Below the pieces are notes generated by a model that saw nothing but the letters and a program-made list of their open reading frames with translations, was not told the DNA's origin and made no database searches. From assembly GCA_000002445.1 (NCBI GenBank), contig CP000071.1:1440001-1504000 (forward strand): a stretch of DNA of 64,000 nucleotides. Direction: 5' to 3'. Below, piece after piece: positions 1-12,351 of this stretch. A program made the translations under genes and the position numbers. The DNA is from Trypanosoma brucei. Lineage: Eukaryota. Positions within the stretch are counted from its first letter, which is position 1. Each line of letters starts with the position of its first letter.

Positions 1-1508
1 TGCACTCCAGGCATGCGCTTCGACAAACAGTAAGTCTCTAAATCTAATGGGAGAGGAGCATCCGGTGATAATTGCCGCACGCCAGTGAAGCACTCCGTAA
101 TGTTAGGTTTTCTCTCTCCATCAATCGAGACGTCGCCATACAATGCAATCGATGCAGCGATCACTTCGTTTTTCACCCCATCGCTGTCAAGCTGGGCGTG
201 AAGTTGGATACTCGCAACCGTAAACGGTGGTGGTGGCTTTGATGAATTGTAAACTTTTATGTCTTTAGGCGAGGGCACCAAAAACTCTGTTTTACAGTGA
301 GAAACACGGTCCATCGCGGTAACAAGATGCTCAATTTCGAGGTACGATGGCCCCATTAGTCTCTTCTTTATGAGAAAGAGTTCAAGGAGAGAGCGAGACG
401 CGCCGACGACAACTTGGACATGTGTTAACCCTCCCTTGTTTGGAAACGGGGGGTATCTGCCCGGGTAAACGAGTTTCGCCCAGCGATTTTTTTCCCGAGG
501 AACACCCGGTTCCTCAAAGGCATAATACCGCTCAACAAATTTGATTCGCCGCTCCTCTATGCCACTACCACGGCAAATAGCATTAATTTCCTGGACGACC
601 TCAGCATCTGTTGAGCCCTCTTTCGGAAGGAGAAAGACGTTCCGATGAACATGTTGTATTCTCACGCAGCATGAGCGAAACTCCTCATCTTCCTCGTTCA
701 CGCACACCTTACCAAAGAGAAGTATCGTTCCGGGAGCTGTCAATGTGTGGGGTTGTTCTTTTGCGTCAAACCAGTAAAACAACGCCTTGGGGGGACACCC
801 GTTCAAAAAGTCAGTGCTCGCATGTTGAGACCCAGTACGTACCTCAACTGGTAAATCCGTGACGACGTTCAACTCCTCCACGACAGTCTCCTTAATCACA
901 TAGTTCGCGCCAGCCTTATTGGTGCGTTTCTCCTTGTTGCGGGGAGTTTTCTTGACAGCTGCTTCATTTTCGTAAGTAAAAACCTCGTCATTAAGATTTG
1001 CCAACGGAAAACTGTCAGCCAACTCTTCAGTTTTATTAGTATCAGCACTTCTTCCGCTTATTAAAGAGGACAAAAGCTCGGTGGCAGTTACGGAAGGTCC
1101 CTCACCATCTTCGCTGTCGACTCCATCATCTTGTAGAAACTTTGTGATATCCACATCCACTTCGTCCTCCTCCTCGGCAGAGATATTGCGATATTGTTTT
1201 AGGAGATTCTCCATATCATATGTACTTAAAGACTTTGTCAGTTTTTGCTGGTGTCTATGTTGATTCTGCGGCTGCGCGCACTTCTGAGTGGCAATTACCT
1301 TCCCAGATTTTCTCGGTTTGCGCCTCTTCGCCTCTGCGAGCACGACGGCACCCTCATCACCAGCAGCACCCTCACTATCATCTGAATCTATCATAGCCTC
1401 TTCCTTCAGCTTGCGCCACTGCTCCTCTTCCGACTCATCAAAGGTAGATTGTCCTTTTTCTCCACATCTTTTCTGCTCTTCGGAACGGCAGCTAACCCAA
1501 TCCTCCAT
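1..1508 (-). CDS. POLA1: DNA polymerase alpha catalytic subunit, N-terminal part; 3' part of gene lies beyond window start
   Basis: Own minus-strand translation. The ATG is at 1508-1506, with an in-frame stop just upstream at 1530-1532, and the frame stays open to position 1. It is absent from the ORF track because no stop lies inside the window. The product carries family-B pol-alpha N-terminal and pre-exonuclease motifs: GTILLFGKVCV..EFRSCCV, YAFEEPGVP, SLLELFLIKKRLMGPSYLEIE, PPPPFTVASIQLH, NEVIIAASIALYG-like. These align colinearly to human POLA1 around aa 340-560. Confidence 0.8.
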   Translation of the reverse strand, partial: MEDWVSCRSEEQKRCGEKGQSTFDESEEEQWRKLKEEAMIDSDDSEGAAGDEGAVVLAEAKRRKPRKSGKVIATQKCAQPQNQHRHQQKLTKSLSTYDMENLLKQYRNISAEEEDEVDVDITKFLQDDGVDSEDGEGPSVTATELLSSLISGRSADTNKTEELADSFPLANLNDEVFTYENEAAVKKTPRNKEKRTNKAGANYVIKETVVEELNVVTDLPVEVRTGSQHASTDFLNGCPPKALFYWFDAKEQPHTLTAPGTILLFGKVCVNEEDEEFRSCCVRIQHVHRNVFLLPKEGSTDAEVVQEINAICRGSGIEERRIKFVERYYAFEEPGVPREKNRWAKLVYPGRYPPFPNKGGLTHVQVVVGASRSLLELFLIKKRLMGPSYLEIEHLVTAMDRVSHCKTEFLVPSPKDIKVYNSSKPPPPFTVASIQLHAQLDSDGVKNEVIAASIALYGDVSIDGERKPNITECFTGVRQLSPDAPLPLDLETYCLSKRMPGV

Positions 1509-1901
1509 CTCACTTAAAACACTATGACTTTACAGCGATTACCCAAGAGTGAAAGAACTAAATCATGATGAATACATTAAAGCAAAACGAAACAAAACAA
1601 TGGTTTGCAAAAAAAAAAAGTAATATGCGTTGATCAGCAACCGGCAACGAACTCTAAAATCTCTTTATACGATGTAGAGCACCACTGCGCAAAGTAATCA
1701 CTAACAAAGTAAATCTGACTTTCTTTTTTTTTTTTGATTTGTTCCCCAGTAAGTGGATATTAGTGTAGTCATTCCCTTCAATGTGCAGGTAGTGTGTTCT
1801 CTTAATAGTCACCAGAGATTTACTCCCCCGTTTCGCACCTCGTCACTATATAAGGCTTTAAATTGAACGTCCTACCCCACCAACTTTGTGCAAGCAGACA
1901 A

Positions 1902-3230
1902 TCAACTCATAGCCGTGTAATTGAATTTTTCGCACACAGCAGCTAGTGAACGAACATTTTTAACAGAAATGGCAAGTTGCCGCGCAAAATTTATAAGGGC
2001 AACTCTCTCTCCTCTGTTTAGTTCCACCACATTCTCAGCGGAACCGAAGACAATTTTCAACGCGGTGGCAAGAGCAGCTGTTTCCAACTTCCCCCAAGCG
2101 CGGCACTTTTCACACGTGACGCAATCCATGAGAGTTGTAACATTGTGCACCACGCGCTTCATTTGCCGAACCAGTAGGTGCGCACCCGGAGACTCAAAAA
2201 ATTTTTGCTCGTCGAAAGTTGCTACGCGGAATAGCTTGCTGCTAAAAAGTTCCCCAATATTGCTGTAGAGACGCACATCTCCATCTGTAGCAGCGCCGTT
2301 GAAGCCAGAGTTATACAAACTTGAGTTAGCAAGAAATGCACGTTTGGTCTTCGCCAGAGCGCGAAGGACAAACTGGTAGACAACAAAAAGGTTCCTTATG
2401 AATTCGTCATTCTTAACGATGCGGCGGAACATGCCACAGTTAGGATAGAAAGATATATTGGGATTATTTAGCACACCTAGGCTGCGCAGCGGAGAGTCAC
2501 CCTTCGTATCATTATAAAAGAAAGCAGCCACATGCATGGTTATAGAAGTATGGAGCCCACTTAGAAGCTGCCGAAGTAAAGCCTTCTCTCTGTTTTCTAC
2601 ACCAGCCGTATCATTACTTGGAAGTCCGTCAATATTGCAGTTGTTATATACAGCCTGCCAAACCCGCGCTGCTTTCGGTCCCGAATATCCGGTGTTTGCC
2701 TCTGGGTTTTGGAGAAGATCCACATATGTTGCATCTCTATCTGGGTCGATCGGCTTGATCTCGTCCTCGAAACCTTTTGCTGCATGTTTGTCAGGGGCCG
2801 CACGACGTTCAACCGTGGAAACATCACTCATATCGTATGGGTATTTTAGTGTTTCGGGAATTCCACTGTCATCACAAGTGCAGATCTGGCATCCATTTGA
2901 ATCACATGTACAACTAGCCTCAGCGACCCAGTAACGACATTCCCTGTCCAGATTTACTTTAAAGTACCGAAAGTATGGGTGACTCGTTATGTTGTTAAGA
3001 AGGCCTGTAATACCCTCAGTGTTCTGACTGACCTCATCCATGGTAAGGGAACAAAACCCCTCCTTAAGGGCATTTCCTTTCTTGGTCCTTACATATGAGC
3101 CAGCCCCGGAATTGTTGGCTGAAATGTACATCCCAAAAAAAGAAACACCATCCAATTCAGCACGAAGTAAAATTTGCCAAACAAGTCCTAGAAGAACAGG
3201 AACTACTATCAATAATCGCATCTTCAACAT
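1902..3230 (-). CDS. ERO1: Endoplasmic reticulum oxidoreductin ERO1 (FAD-dependent thiol oxidase)
   Basis: ORF-track 442-aa ORF. The start codon is ATG (MLKM, reverse complement CATCTTCAACAT seen in the sequence). It has an N-terminal signal or TM segment. Diagnostic ERO1 motifs are present: FRYFKVNL, the CxxCxxC shuttle-loop region (CTCDSNGCQICTC), and the C-terminal active-site block CVTCEKCRAWGKLETAALATALKI, comparable to [25 protein letters not shown]. Confidence 0.85.
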   Translation of the reverse strand: MLKMRLLIVVPVLLGLVWQILLRAELDGVSFFGMYISANNSGAGSYVRTKKGNALKEGFCSLTMDEVSQNTEGITGLLNNITSHPYFRYFKVNLDRECRYWVAEASCTCDSNGCQICTCDDSGIPETLKYPYDMSDVSTVERRAAPDKHAAKGFEDEIKPIDPDRDATYVDLLQNPEANTGYSGPKAARVWQAVYNNCNIDGLPSNDTAGVENREKALLRQLLSGLHTSITMHVAAFFYNDTKGDSPLRSLGVLNNPNISFYPNCGMFRRIVKNDEFIRNLFVVYQFVLRALAKTKRAFLANSSLYNSGFNGAATDGDVRLYSNIGELFSSKLFRVATFDEQKFFESPGAHLLVRQMKRVVHNVTTLMDCVTCEKCRAWGKLETAALATALKIVFGSAENVVELNRGERVALINFARQLAISVKNVRSLAAVCEKFNYTAMS

Positions 3231-4192
3231 CTCCCGATGTGAATAGTACGATTAACCTACACGAACCACAGATAAAGAATTTAAAAAAAGGGTATCTATT
3301 TTTTAAAAAAAAATCGGATGCAGAGAGGTACCGTCATCAATTGCGGTCCCCAACAACTTTAAAAAACAGTAAAAGGTAACGACCTAGGAAACCCCTCTGA
3401 GTGAAGCTACATAATTGAATGGAAGTGCAACTGATGTCCCCCTCTGACATTCTGAAACGGTAGTCACTTTTAGGCCACGCGGCGACATATCCTAAAAGGA
3501 CGGTGATTGACAACAGAAAACTGATATCAAGCAACGTACAGTTTTAATTCACCAAACTGGGCATCATCACTTCCACCCAACAGTAAAGAAAAAAAATTCA
3601 GTGATGCGATGCCGGAACTTCTGCGGAAGGAAATGTTTAAGTAAGTTGCTCAATTTAAAAAAAAAAGTGGAAATTGTACTGGATTTTTAGAAAATGTCCT
3701 TAAGCATGTCACTCCGTTCGCCCAACATACCCCGGCCTTAGTACCAGGGTTGAAGTTGATTAAGTTTGCGGCGCCGTGACTTCTGTAACGATAGCACAGC
3801 ATATCTTCGACTCTGTCAACTGTGGTGCCACCGCTCCTCCACACGATGCGGCCACCACGCCACTGTTTCGAGTCCGGCTAAAAATAAAAAAACGAACACG
3901 GCTTTCCAAGGTGAGCCACCCCTTCCTTAAAGAGTTACCAGACAGTAGAGTTGGGTGGGCAGACATTGCAGTCGCCATAATGGCCAGCGCCTCAATCCGA
4001 CATAAGTACTAGTTTGTGTTTACCAACAGTCGCAGCCACACTCAGCACCACCCACCCATAATGGCAATTAGATGCGCAACACCGGCCTCAGCAGCACCAC
4101 CACTCAGGCATCCCCCTGAGTCGACGAAAGTTAAGCCCACATCTGCAATCGCGCACAACAAAGTCCCACGGACAGCCCGTGACGAAATATAG

Positions 4193-4206
4193 CCCCCCCC
4201 CCCCCC
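4193..4206 (+). repeat. C14 homopolymer (G14 on minus strand) in strand-switch region; a second C13 run lies at 4415-4427
   Basis: Direct read. Confidence 0.9.
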
Positions 4207-7200
4207 GATCGGCACTGCCACAATGTGAGGTAGTGCGACGCCACCAAAAACATTGAAGCGGCCCACCAGACACCCTCGGCCGGCTCGTCTGCTGGACCCC
4301 TTGTCTCCGTTTCCCCGCATTCATTGTTCACAAATGGGGTCCGTCAACACCACCTCCACCACGTCGCGCTTTCACTTGGTGACCGCATCCGTGCTCTCAC
4401 AGTGCCCATCGCCACCCCCCCCCCCCCTTGTCTACTACACGGAAACGGAGGGCCACCCCTCCCGATCAATCGAAAACAGTGAAGAAACATCAACACCAGT
4501 TTGCGCGACAAGGGGGGAAAGTCAGCACCACACCCCCTTTTGAGAAGCTCAGCCACAGGCTAACCCCTCCTCGCTCAAAGCCCTCAAACCATGGGGGCGC
4601 CCTCGCAGCCCGTCCCACCCACATCTCACAGTCACTGTTCTCGGGCAACATCCGGGCCGCCAGGAGCAAAGACAATGATAAAAAAAAATAAACCAGCAAA
4701 CCCTAAGGGCAGCAGCCCCCTTCGATCGAAAGAGCGGAAATACTTCGAATCAAACCAAAGCAATACGCAAGCATTTGTACCGACGCCCTGCCCCCACGTT
4801 CCATCTACCATCAACCGTCGGTACGTCGAACGGTGACAGACAGCTCGGCCTTTTCGCATTCTCTGTTGATTAGCATCTTCAACGGTACAAGCTTACACCT
4901 CCACTAACTATGGGAAAACGGCAACGCTACAACAAGAAATAGATCATCAGCCCGGGGACCCTAGTCATCCTTTGCTTGGACCGAAGCAAAGTTACACCAG
5001 GCCTTTCGAAGAGGCACCAGCGGCCCTTGAAGGCTCCCCGTCCACACACCCCAAAGACACTTCAGGCATTAGCTGGGAAACCGCCCTCTACATCTCAACA
5101 ACTCCCCCCTAGCATGCATGTAGCGTACGTCTCCTCCAACGTGTTGCGGGTGCCTCAACAGCGCATCTTAGAACTTTCGCCCCATTGGAAGAAGGCGGCC
5201 GTCCCGTAAAAGAGCCAGGTACTAGCGCTGAGAGGCGGCCGGAGACGCCGGGGGGCTAATCCTCACCTCGAAATAAGCCATCGTGACGCCAGCTACTTCA
5301 TTAAGGCGGTGGGATCCCATACTTCTCTTTTTTTATTGAGGGGAGCAGAGAAATGGCCATGTTCTACAAGTGCGCAAAACGGTTGACTGTGCCTGGGCCG
5401 AGCTGTCTTACGGTGCGTGGACTCCGTGGGTCACAATAATTCTCCGTTTTCCCATGGGCACATCCGATCGTGCCATAGGCATCTTGAACCGTACAATTGC
5501 AGTGACGAAATATTTTGGCACCCTGCGGTTCCCCACAACCGCCGCCTCGTTATGATGCAGTTCTAACAAAACCATGAAGAAAAGGTTTTTTTTAAAAAAA
5601 GAAAACATTATTATTATTTTTTTTTAGGGGGGTGGGTCCTGCGACGGGAGTGACTAGGCCCTACTGAATAAATTATTATATGCTATCCTCCTTAATTTTT
5701 TAATACAAACGGATAGCGAAGGTAAGTTTTCCTCAACTTCAACATGTAGATTAGCCTCTCTTTTTTTTTTCTGTGAACGTATTATTTGTTGTCCAAAAGT
5801 GCAGGAACAACTTGTTTGTCGTTTTCCTTCCAGACGGTTTTTCTCCATTTTGGAGTAGGGCAGGCGAGGCACTGACCGTTCCCTGTAAAAACACATCCTC
5901 AGGACCTGGTCTGTCAGGGGCCCTCGGCATGTCGACACCGCCTTTCACATCTGCCAGCCAGCCGGCCCACAATGTCTAAAAACTGCTGGCGCTGAGGATG
6001 GCTCGTGTGAGGCTGGATGGCGCGCACCGGCAACCCCCGTCAGATATATCATTGGGGACGTCCTCAAACACCCAAGAGGCCGACTATCCTAACGTGGTGT
6101 GGCAAGTTGGCGCCCCGCTGGAGGGGAAGAGAAGAGCCGAACCTCCATTCGTGATTTCAGGGCGAAGTTGGAAATCCAGAAATGGAAATGTGAGCGATCA
6201 TGCGCAACACTACTGGGACTCCGGGAAGAAAGTGTGTTTTCTGAGTGATGGCGCCTGAAAATACAAACTTTCACTTGCTTTCGGTGTCAATTGAATCTTA
6301 TTTCTCCTTAACAAGGATGCAGAACAGATTCCTCATCCCATTCTCTATGGAGATTAACGAAATGTGAGGTCTCTCAGTCATAAAAAGGTTGCTTCTCTTG
6401 AAAGCGCCTCATGGGGACACGGCGGCCTTTCGCCTTCCTTAATAGACGCTCATGAAGGTTGAGGAAGGCAGAATGAAGGCTTGCGCCCATTATCAATACA
6501 TAGTGTTGCCTTGCTGTAAAATGAAGAGTAACAGCGTATCAATATTCATTCGAAACAAGATATGAGTAATTGACGCTCCAAAAAATTATTATAGTCTTAG
6601 AAAGCATAACCATTACGGTGACGCCTGAAAATGGTGAACAGCTCGGTGTGGCATTTGCCTGCCTTCCCAATAACTCTAATGTAAGCATGTAAAGGTTGTA
6701 GCAATTAAAAGCGAGGATCAAGATTCAGTAGCCGTCGGAGCTGACGTAAAACAGCACTATTTTGCTTGAGACATCCGCATCGCAGAGGAGAACGGTGATG
6801 AAGCTGACGTTGAATTGATAGCTGTAGAAGAGTTTAACAGTTACCAACAATGAAACCCCAATTTGATATACAGCATTCGGAGGCGCACTGCTTTCAATAG
6901 AAGTTACCTGTTTTACGCACAGCAATGTAACATTTTGGAAAGCGATGCGAAACTTTTGCGGTTATTGTAGTTGGATATTGCTCAATGTAGCATTATAAAG
7001 GGATATGAAGAAAATTGTGGATTGTCCAAATTTTCCAAAACATTGTGTGCCAGAACTCGGTAAATAGGTAAAAACACGTGTCGATGGCAGTTGAAAACAT
7101 CAATGATGCCATTACATCTGTAGTGGATTAGACAGCACCAAAAAACAATTCATAGGAAGAAAATGTTGTTCCTCCTTCATTAGAGAAAGGAGGGTGTTGA

Positions 7201-7610
7201 ATATAACAGCTGTGAGGACATGCAGGAAGATGCACTTCAAAACTGCTAATGGATGAGACAAAGAAAAACTTCGTACCTTATTGAAAGAATTATTCACAGC
7301 ACCATTATTATAGATTCCTACCCTAATAATGGAAGAGGAACCCACCGAAAGAAAAGGGGAGCGAAGTCGCAGATCTTAATGAATATGTAAGCGAATCAGT
7401 CTACAAGAAGTCCAACAACTGAATTGAAGAGCACCTGTTGGCCAAAGAGCCTCTTTTTAAAACTGTTTATCGCTGCTAAACTGATAAATGCGGTAAAATA
7501 ATCATTGTCATGGAAAACGGTAGTGGGGAAGAAATTAACTACGAGAGATCAAAGGTGATGTTTACTTCAACTCTGCAGCTTCTTCCGAAGATGAGGCACC
7601 CTTTCTGATC

Positions 7611-7612
<2 letters not shown>

Positions 7613-7652
<40 letters not shown>
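7613..7652. repeat. (TG)n dinucleotide microsatellite, about 20 units, inside the strand-switch region
   Basis: Direct read: tgtgtg... uninterrupted. The ORF 7614-8264, which starts MCVCVCV, is an artefact of this repeat. Confidence 0.95.
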
Positions 7653-7653
<1 letters not shown>

Positions 7654-10600
7654 AACATCATTCCACCACTCTCGAACAAAAGAATCAGCTAAAGACGTTG
7701 AACAATCTGGGCTGCTGGAACCAACGGGTGCTGTGTGTGAATTCATCGAGAGAGCACAGCTTAAGGGGCCTAAAAACTGGGTTCGAGAGCGACACAGCTA
7801 CGACGGTCAGGTTTCCGACAGGGGGACGCAGCACTAGCTCTGTTTTAGAGGTACAGAGCGCAATCGAGGCAGTGGAGAAACGCACCCGAAGCGTAGCAGC
7901 GTTTATAGACTATGTTAGGGCATTTGGCCAGGTGCAGCGCAACTGTGGCGTTCGAACGCTAGGGTGTTTCGGAGTGCTTATCACACTCGATATGGTAGAT
8001 AGGCAACTTCTCGCCACACGGAACAAAAATGTCCAGAATGCACAGTGTGCAGGCCGACGGTGCCAGGCGACGCACGGCACGCTGCGGGATTCGTTGTTTT
8101 GCAAGACCCTATTCTCCGGGGCAACAGAATGGGTGAGCGCGAAACCGAATAAGATCCCTGGACTCAGGGATAGTTTGTTTACCGGTATTATGGCCCTCAA
8201 ACCGTTGGGCTCGGAAAAGGCAGAACGGAGAGATACGCAGCAAAGGTGGAAGCTGGGGGTTTGATGACGATTGTTTCAAAGACGCTTTATAGAGTACCGG
8301 TAGAGAAAAAAAGGGTATCACCCGCATGGCGTGCGCACTGGGGACTCACTGCACCTTCGGGGTCCAGGATAAAAGATTAACGATACGAAGGCCTAAAACC
8401 CTTGAACCTCGGTTTTCAGTAAAAACAAAAACACAATTATCGCTTCTTTATCAGTTGCAGTAGCTCTTCCCATGTTATTTTCCAATTATTTTTATTATTA
8501 TTTTTATTATTATTATTTTTAATTTTTGCCGATTTGACCCCTCTAAGGGTGCAAAAGGTTACTCCAACCCTCTGGATATACCTACGAGGACAAATCTCTT
8601 CGGCGCTGAAAAGGCCGCCGGCATTTCACTGAGCTCTTTAGGCACTAAGGGTTGGGTTTGGCTCAAAATCTCTGCATAAAATTAAGGGAGGATAGAAAAC
8701 CCTCGTTGGGGCAGGTTGGAACGATGCTTTGCTGGGTCTGAGTCTCTTTTTTTCGCCCCAGCACAATACTGTTCCATTCTTTTGACCCACAGCAGGGACC
8801 ACAACGCCGGTAGCATCCCAGTTTCACGAGAAAAGCACGTGGAGCCAGCTTGCTATCCATCTGGAAAGTGTGTACTTTTTTGAAACACGGCGAACGAACT
8901 GGTGCTGCCTTGGAAAAGGCGCTTCACATGCAGCCGCTTAGGTAAATTTCTATTCCGTTTCTGGGGGAAGCGGTTTATGTGCAATCACAGGCTTCGTAAA
9001 ATAACCTCTTACAGAGTAAATAGGTGAAAGTACATCCTGCTATCTAAAAAACTATTTTTCTTTTTTTTTTTTGATAGCTGATTGTGTATAATTACAAAGA
9101 AACGTAAACGTATTCACATACCTGCGGGTGTGGACCCACCCTTCTCTAGTGGAAAGGATGAAGTGGGTGTGAGGTTTTACGCCTTAAAACAGGTAGAAAA
9201 CAGAAAGTGTTGGCCCACTTCCGATTTCCGATGTTATGTCCTTTTAATTGATAACATCGTCCTCTCACCACCGCAGTCCAAGTGCTTTGAGGAGAACCGT
9301 GAAACCTCCACGTCTTAGCAGAGCTGTTATTCCAATGCGGCCGTGCGGCTCGTTTCACCCCTCACACTTGGAGGCTCGGGGTGTCCAGACCCAGGGGCAG
9401 GTGACTTCTCACGCTAAGGTGCTAGTCGGCTCCCGGTCCCCCTTCGCACCAGGCTGTGTTCGTGTGGTAGGTCTCCAGTCGGTCCAGCTTTCCCTAGAAT
9501 GCTGTTTTGAGTGCATTTCGCAGCCACGTAAAACCACTGCCTTGTTCCGTTCCATTGCTATCCAGTCCGGGGAATTTGTGAAGCCGGTAGCGCTATCGGG
9601 GTGATGCTTCTGGCGGTGACGGTCTACCGCATGCCGGCCCTGTGATTCTCATAAAGCTCACCGCGCATAATAGGTTCCACTGGAAGATTGTTTTGGGGTG
9701 GGGATTGTCACTGCCTCCACGCCTACTTTCCCACTTATCATCCCTGTGGCACTGCCTTCAGTCCATCATCGCCCCCCTGACGGGCTGTTTTTTTTTTTTC
9801 CTTTCCCGATGGAGTGAACGGGGAACCACCTTCGATCTAGAGAATAGCTTTGCTAGAGAACGGTTTTCGCCTTATGGTGCTGAAAGCTGTGGTGGGAGGT
9901 GTGTGTGTGCATGTGTAACTACGTTGCTGACCCTCGCGAGCGGCGCCGCACATACTCTGCTCTGCCCCAATTCGCCGGTCCGGCCTCCGAGGAGTGCCCT
10001 TTGGTGAGGACTGGAGTGACTAGACGTGACCACGGCTGGGGTTGAGTCCCTTCCACGAGGAAATGATGGTTCGTGGCGCTTGGTATCGTTAATTTTTACC
10101 AGGTTGTACGCGTTGAGTGGATCTGCGTAAGCTTTGAGCCGTGGAGCGGTCCGTTGCCCCTCCCATTGGTAAAGCGGCTGTCGTTGACCACGTGATGCCC
10201 CTTTTGGCACTAGGTATATCGTGTGCCGGCGGGTGGTGTTTATGATTTCACTTGCGGTAGTTTGCGGGTCTCACATTGATGGTGTCTTGGGGGCGCGTGA
10301 GAAATCGCGTTGCGGCGTACTGCTGCCTGATCTGGCAACCTTTTTGTGTTTGACGCTGAGGGCAAGCGTGCCTATATTTTTCTAAACATGGGAGAGGTTT
10401 GTTTGCTTCCTTTTTTCCCAACTGTTGCGGCGCATGTTTTATTCGGGCTATGCTTGTGCAATGAATTCTTGTCCGCTTTCCGTCTGGGTTTACCCATCGT
10501 GCTTTAGGTATTTAAAGCGATGACGTTTAAATTCTTTTACAATGTGCCGAGGCAGGTGCACTCTTTTAGAGGCGGGTCGCGCGGACCTCGCCGGGCAGAG

Positions 10601-12351
10601 GTGTTCAATCGCCTAACGCGTCAGCAGTTTCGACGGAGGTTGATGAGCGGAACCGCTGCTTCTAATGCCAAGAGCTGGGATGCACTGGACCGAAAGAGAA
10701 TGCAGCGAGACTCCGTTGTTGAGCATCGTCGGCTTAACGTTGCCCGCATGCCAGCGGCGGTGATAAGGCAGAAACTAAAAAGGGGGCCACCCCACAAAGG
10801 CGATGATAAGTATTTACTTCGACCTTAGCCATCGGGCTGCCATTTGTTGACGCGATCAACTCGTTATTCGGCTGACTGGATACATGCGGACGCTGTATGT
10901 TTTGGCTAACTACATTATTCCTTTTCTCTTTCCACGCACTTTGCTTACTATCTGTTCGGGGGGTTTCCTCGTTGGCATCTTACACGGAGGTTGATCTGGA
11001 AAGTAAATTTGTTGGACGTCTCCGGGAGATATGTACAATGCGGCTTTAGTGGAATGTAAGCGTATTTAGTTTTTATCGTGATGGACAAATGCATTTGTTT
11101 GTCTTGAATTATTGGGTGTGGTTGTGAACCATATGATGATTGTTGTTTTTCTCTAATCATTACTCTTGTGATGCAGGGATGTTGTGCATTGTCGGCTAAC
11201 TGCCATTGTTTCCTTTACAAGGGTTATTTCAAATCGTTGGTGTTTATTGCAAAGGTCGTTACGGCCGGGGTGGAGGTTAATGGAGCTTCTCTTTCAGCTT
11301 AATAACCAAAAAAAGAGGAGTATGCGTCACCTTTTTTGCTGCGTCATCAACACATCTTGTAGGAAATGTAGGGAATGACGTTATTATGTAGTTTGACGGA
11401 ATATTGTGAGGTTAACGCCATTTGACCAGGACAACCATTTTTGCTTTCTTGTTCACTTGCCTATTCTTTTCAAAGGGTTGCATGAAGGATGTATATTTAG
11501 ATCTGTTTTTATTTATGTTACGAGACTCCACCCCATTATAGAGTTTACGGGTCTTTCAAAGTAGCAAGATACCGATATAAAGACATTGGCATTGTGACGC
11601 ACAAGAGCGTCGTTGGTCTTAGTTTCGAGCGGGGTCCTTATGTTTTATGATTTGTTGACCGTGTGAGCAACTACTTGTTTCTCACAGTTGTAACGACTTA
11701 ATTGTTATTACTATTTTGTCGGGTGCTTTGTTCGATTGCCCACACATATTTTGAATCTGGTGATCACCAAGAAATGGCAAAACGAATCAAAAATTCCGTA
11801 TTTGGTTGTGTAAACTAATTTGCTGTCGAAGAAAGTATACACCGTAGATGAAACCTTCTCTATCTCTCCCTTAAATACACCGTACCGTACATTTTTTTTT
11901 TCAGATTTAGCTTGTGGACATATTTGGCTGAACATATGTGTGGAGTATGATGCAGCGTTGGAGATCCGATTTCTTCACTGATTTTGTTTGTGAAGGTTTC
12001 CGTCCATTTATTCTTACATGCAACATCGCGGAAGAGTGATTAAGTTTTTTCATTGTATCTTTAACTTTCATTTCTATTTTGGTTAAAAAATGAATAGATG
12101 AGTTGCGGTGGCGATGTGACAGAGGGACGATTGTGTTTTTTTATTTCTTATGTTGCTTTTTTAATTTTTTTGCCGCGATGTCAGTGTACACATATTAAAA
12201 TTCATATTAGTTTTGTTTGAGCACGACTTTATATTTTACTGAGTGGACTACTTGGATGGTTGGTTGTTTCTTCACTGTTGTGGCCAACGACTTTTTATAT
12301 CTTGCACTCACTCTGCACTGGGTTGTGGATTTACATTTTTAGACACAGTTA

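Larger units (their letters stand above)
3231..12351. promoter_or_regulatory. Divergent strand-switch region between the minus-strand and plus-strand gene clusters; candidate bidirectional RNA polymerase II transcription start region
   Basis: No ORF of 125 aa or longer on either strand across 9.1 kb; all flanking genes diverge from it. It contains a (TG)20 microsatellite (7613-7652), C14 and C13 homopolymers, and a G+C-rich block around 8.3-10.9 kb. From established kinetoplastid biology, divergent strand-switch regions are Pol II initiation zones marked by H2A.Z, H2B.V and H4K10ac. The promoter assignment is inferred from geometry, not from a recognisable motif. Confidence 0.6.

Noticed and set aside
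3776-4859. Cluster of overlapping 60-96-aa ORFs on both strands (Gly/Pro/Arg-rich)
   Set aside because: They are products of a GC-rich, homopolymer-containing non-coding island. They are mutually overlapping in multiple frames, which is typical of chance ORFs.
7614-8264. 216-aa plus-strand ORF beginning MCVCVCVCV
   Set aside because: It starts inside the (TG)n microsatellite in the strand-switch region. I see no conservation signal or protein-like features.
3231-12351. Search for tRNA, snRNA or 7SL genes in the strand-switch region, since such regions often host Pol III genes
   Set aside because: I found no convincing A-box or B-box (GGTTCGANTCC) pairs or cloverleaf-compatible stems. Sequences such as tgtttcgagtcc (3868) and tacttcgaatcaaacc (4737) lack complementary T-stems. 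A T7 run at 5327 is terminator-like, but there is no identifiable upstream RNA gene. A covariance-model search (tRNAscan-SE or Infernal) would be decisive.
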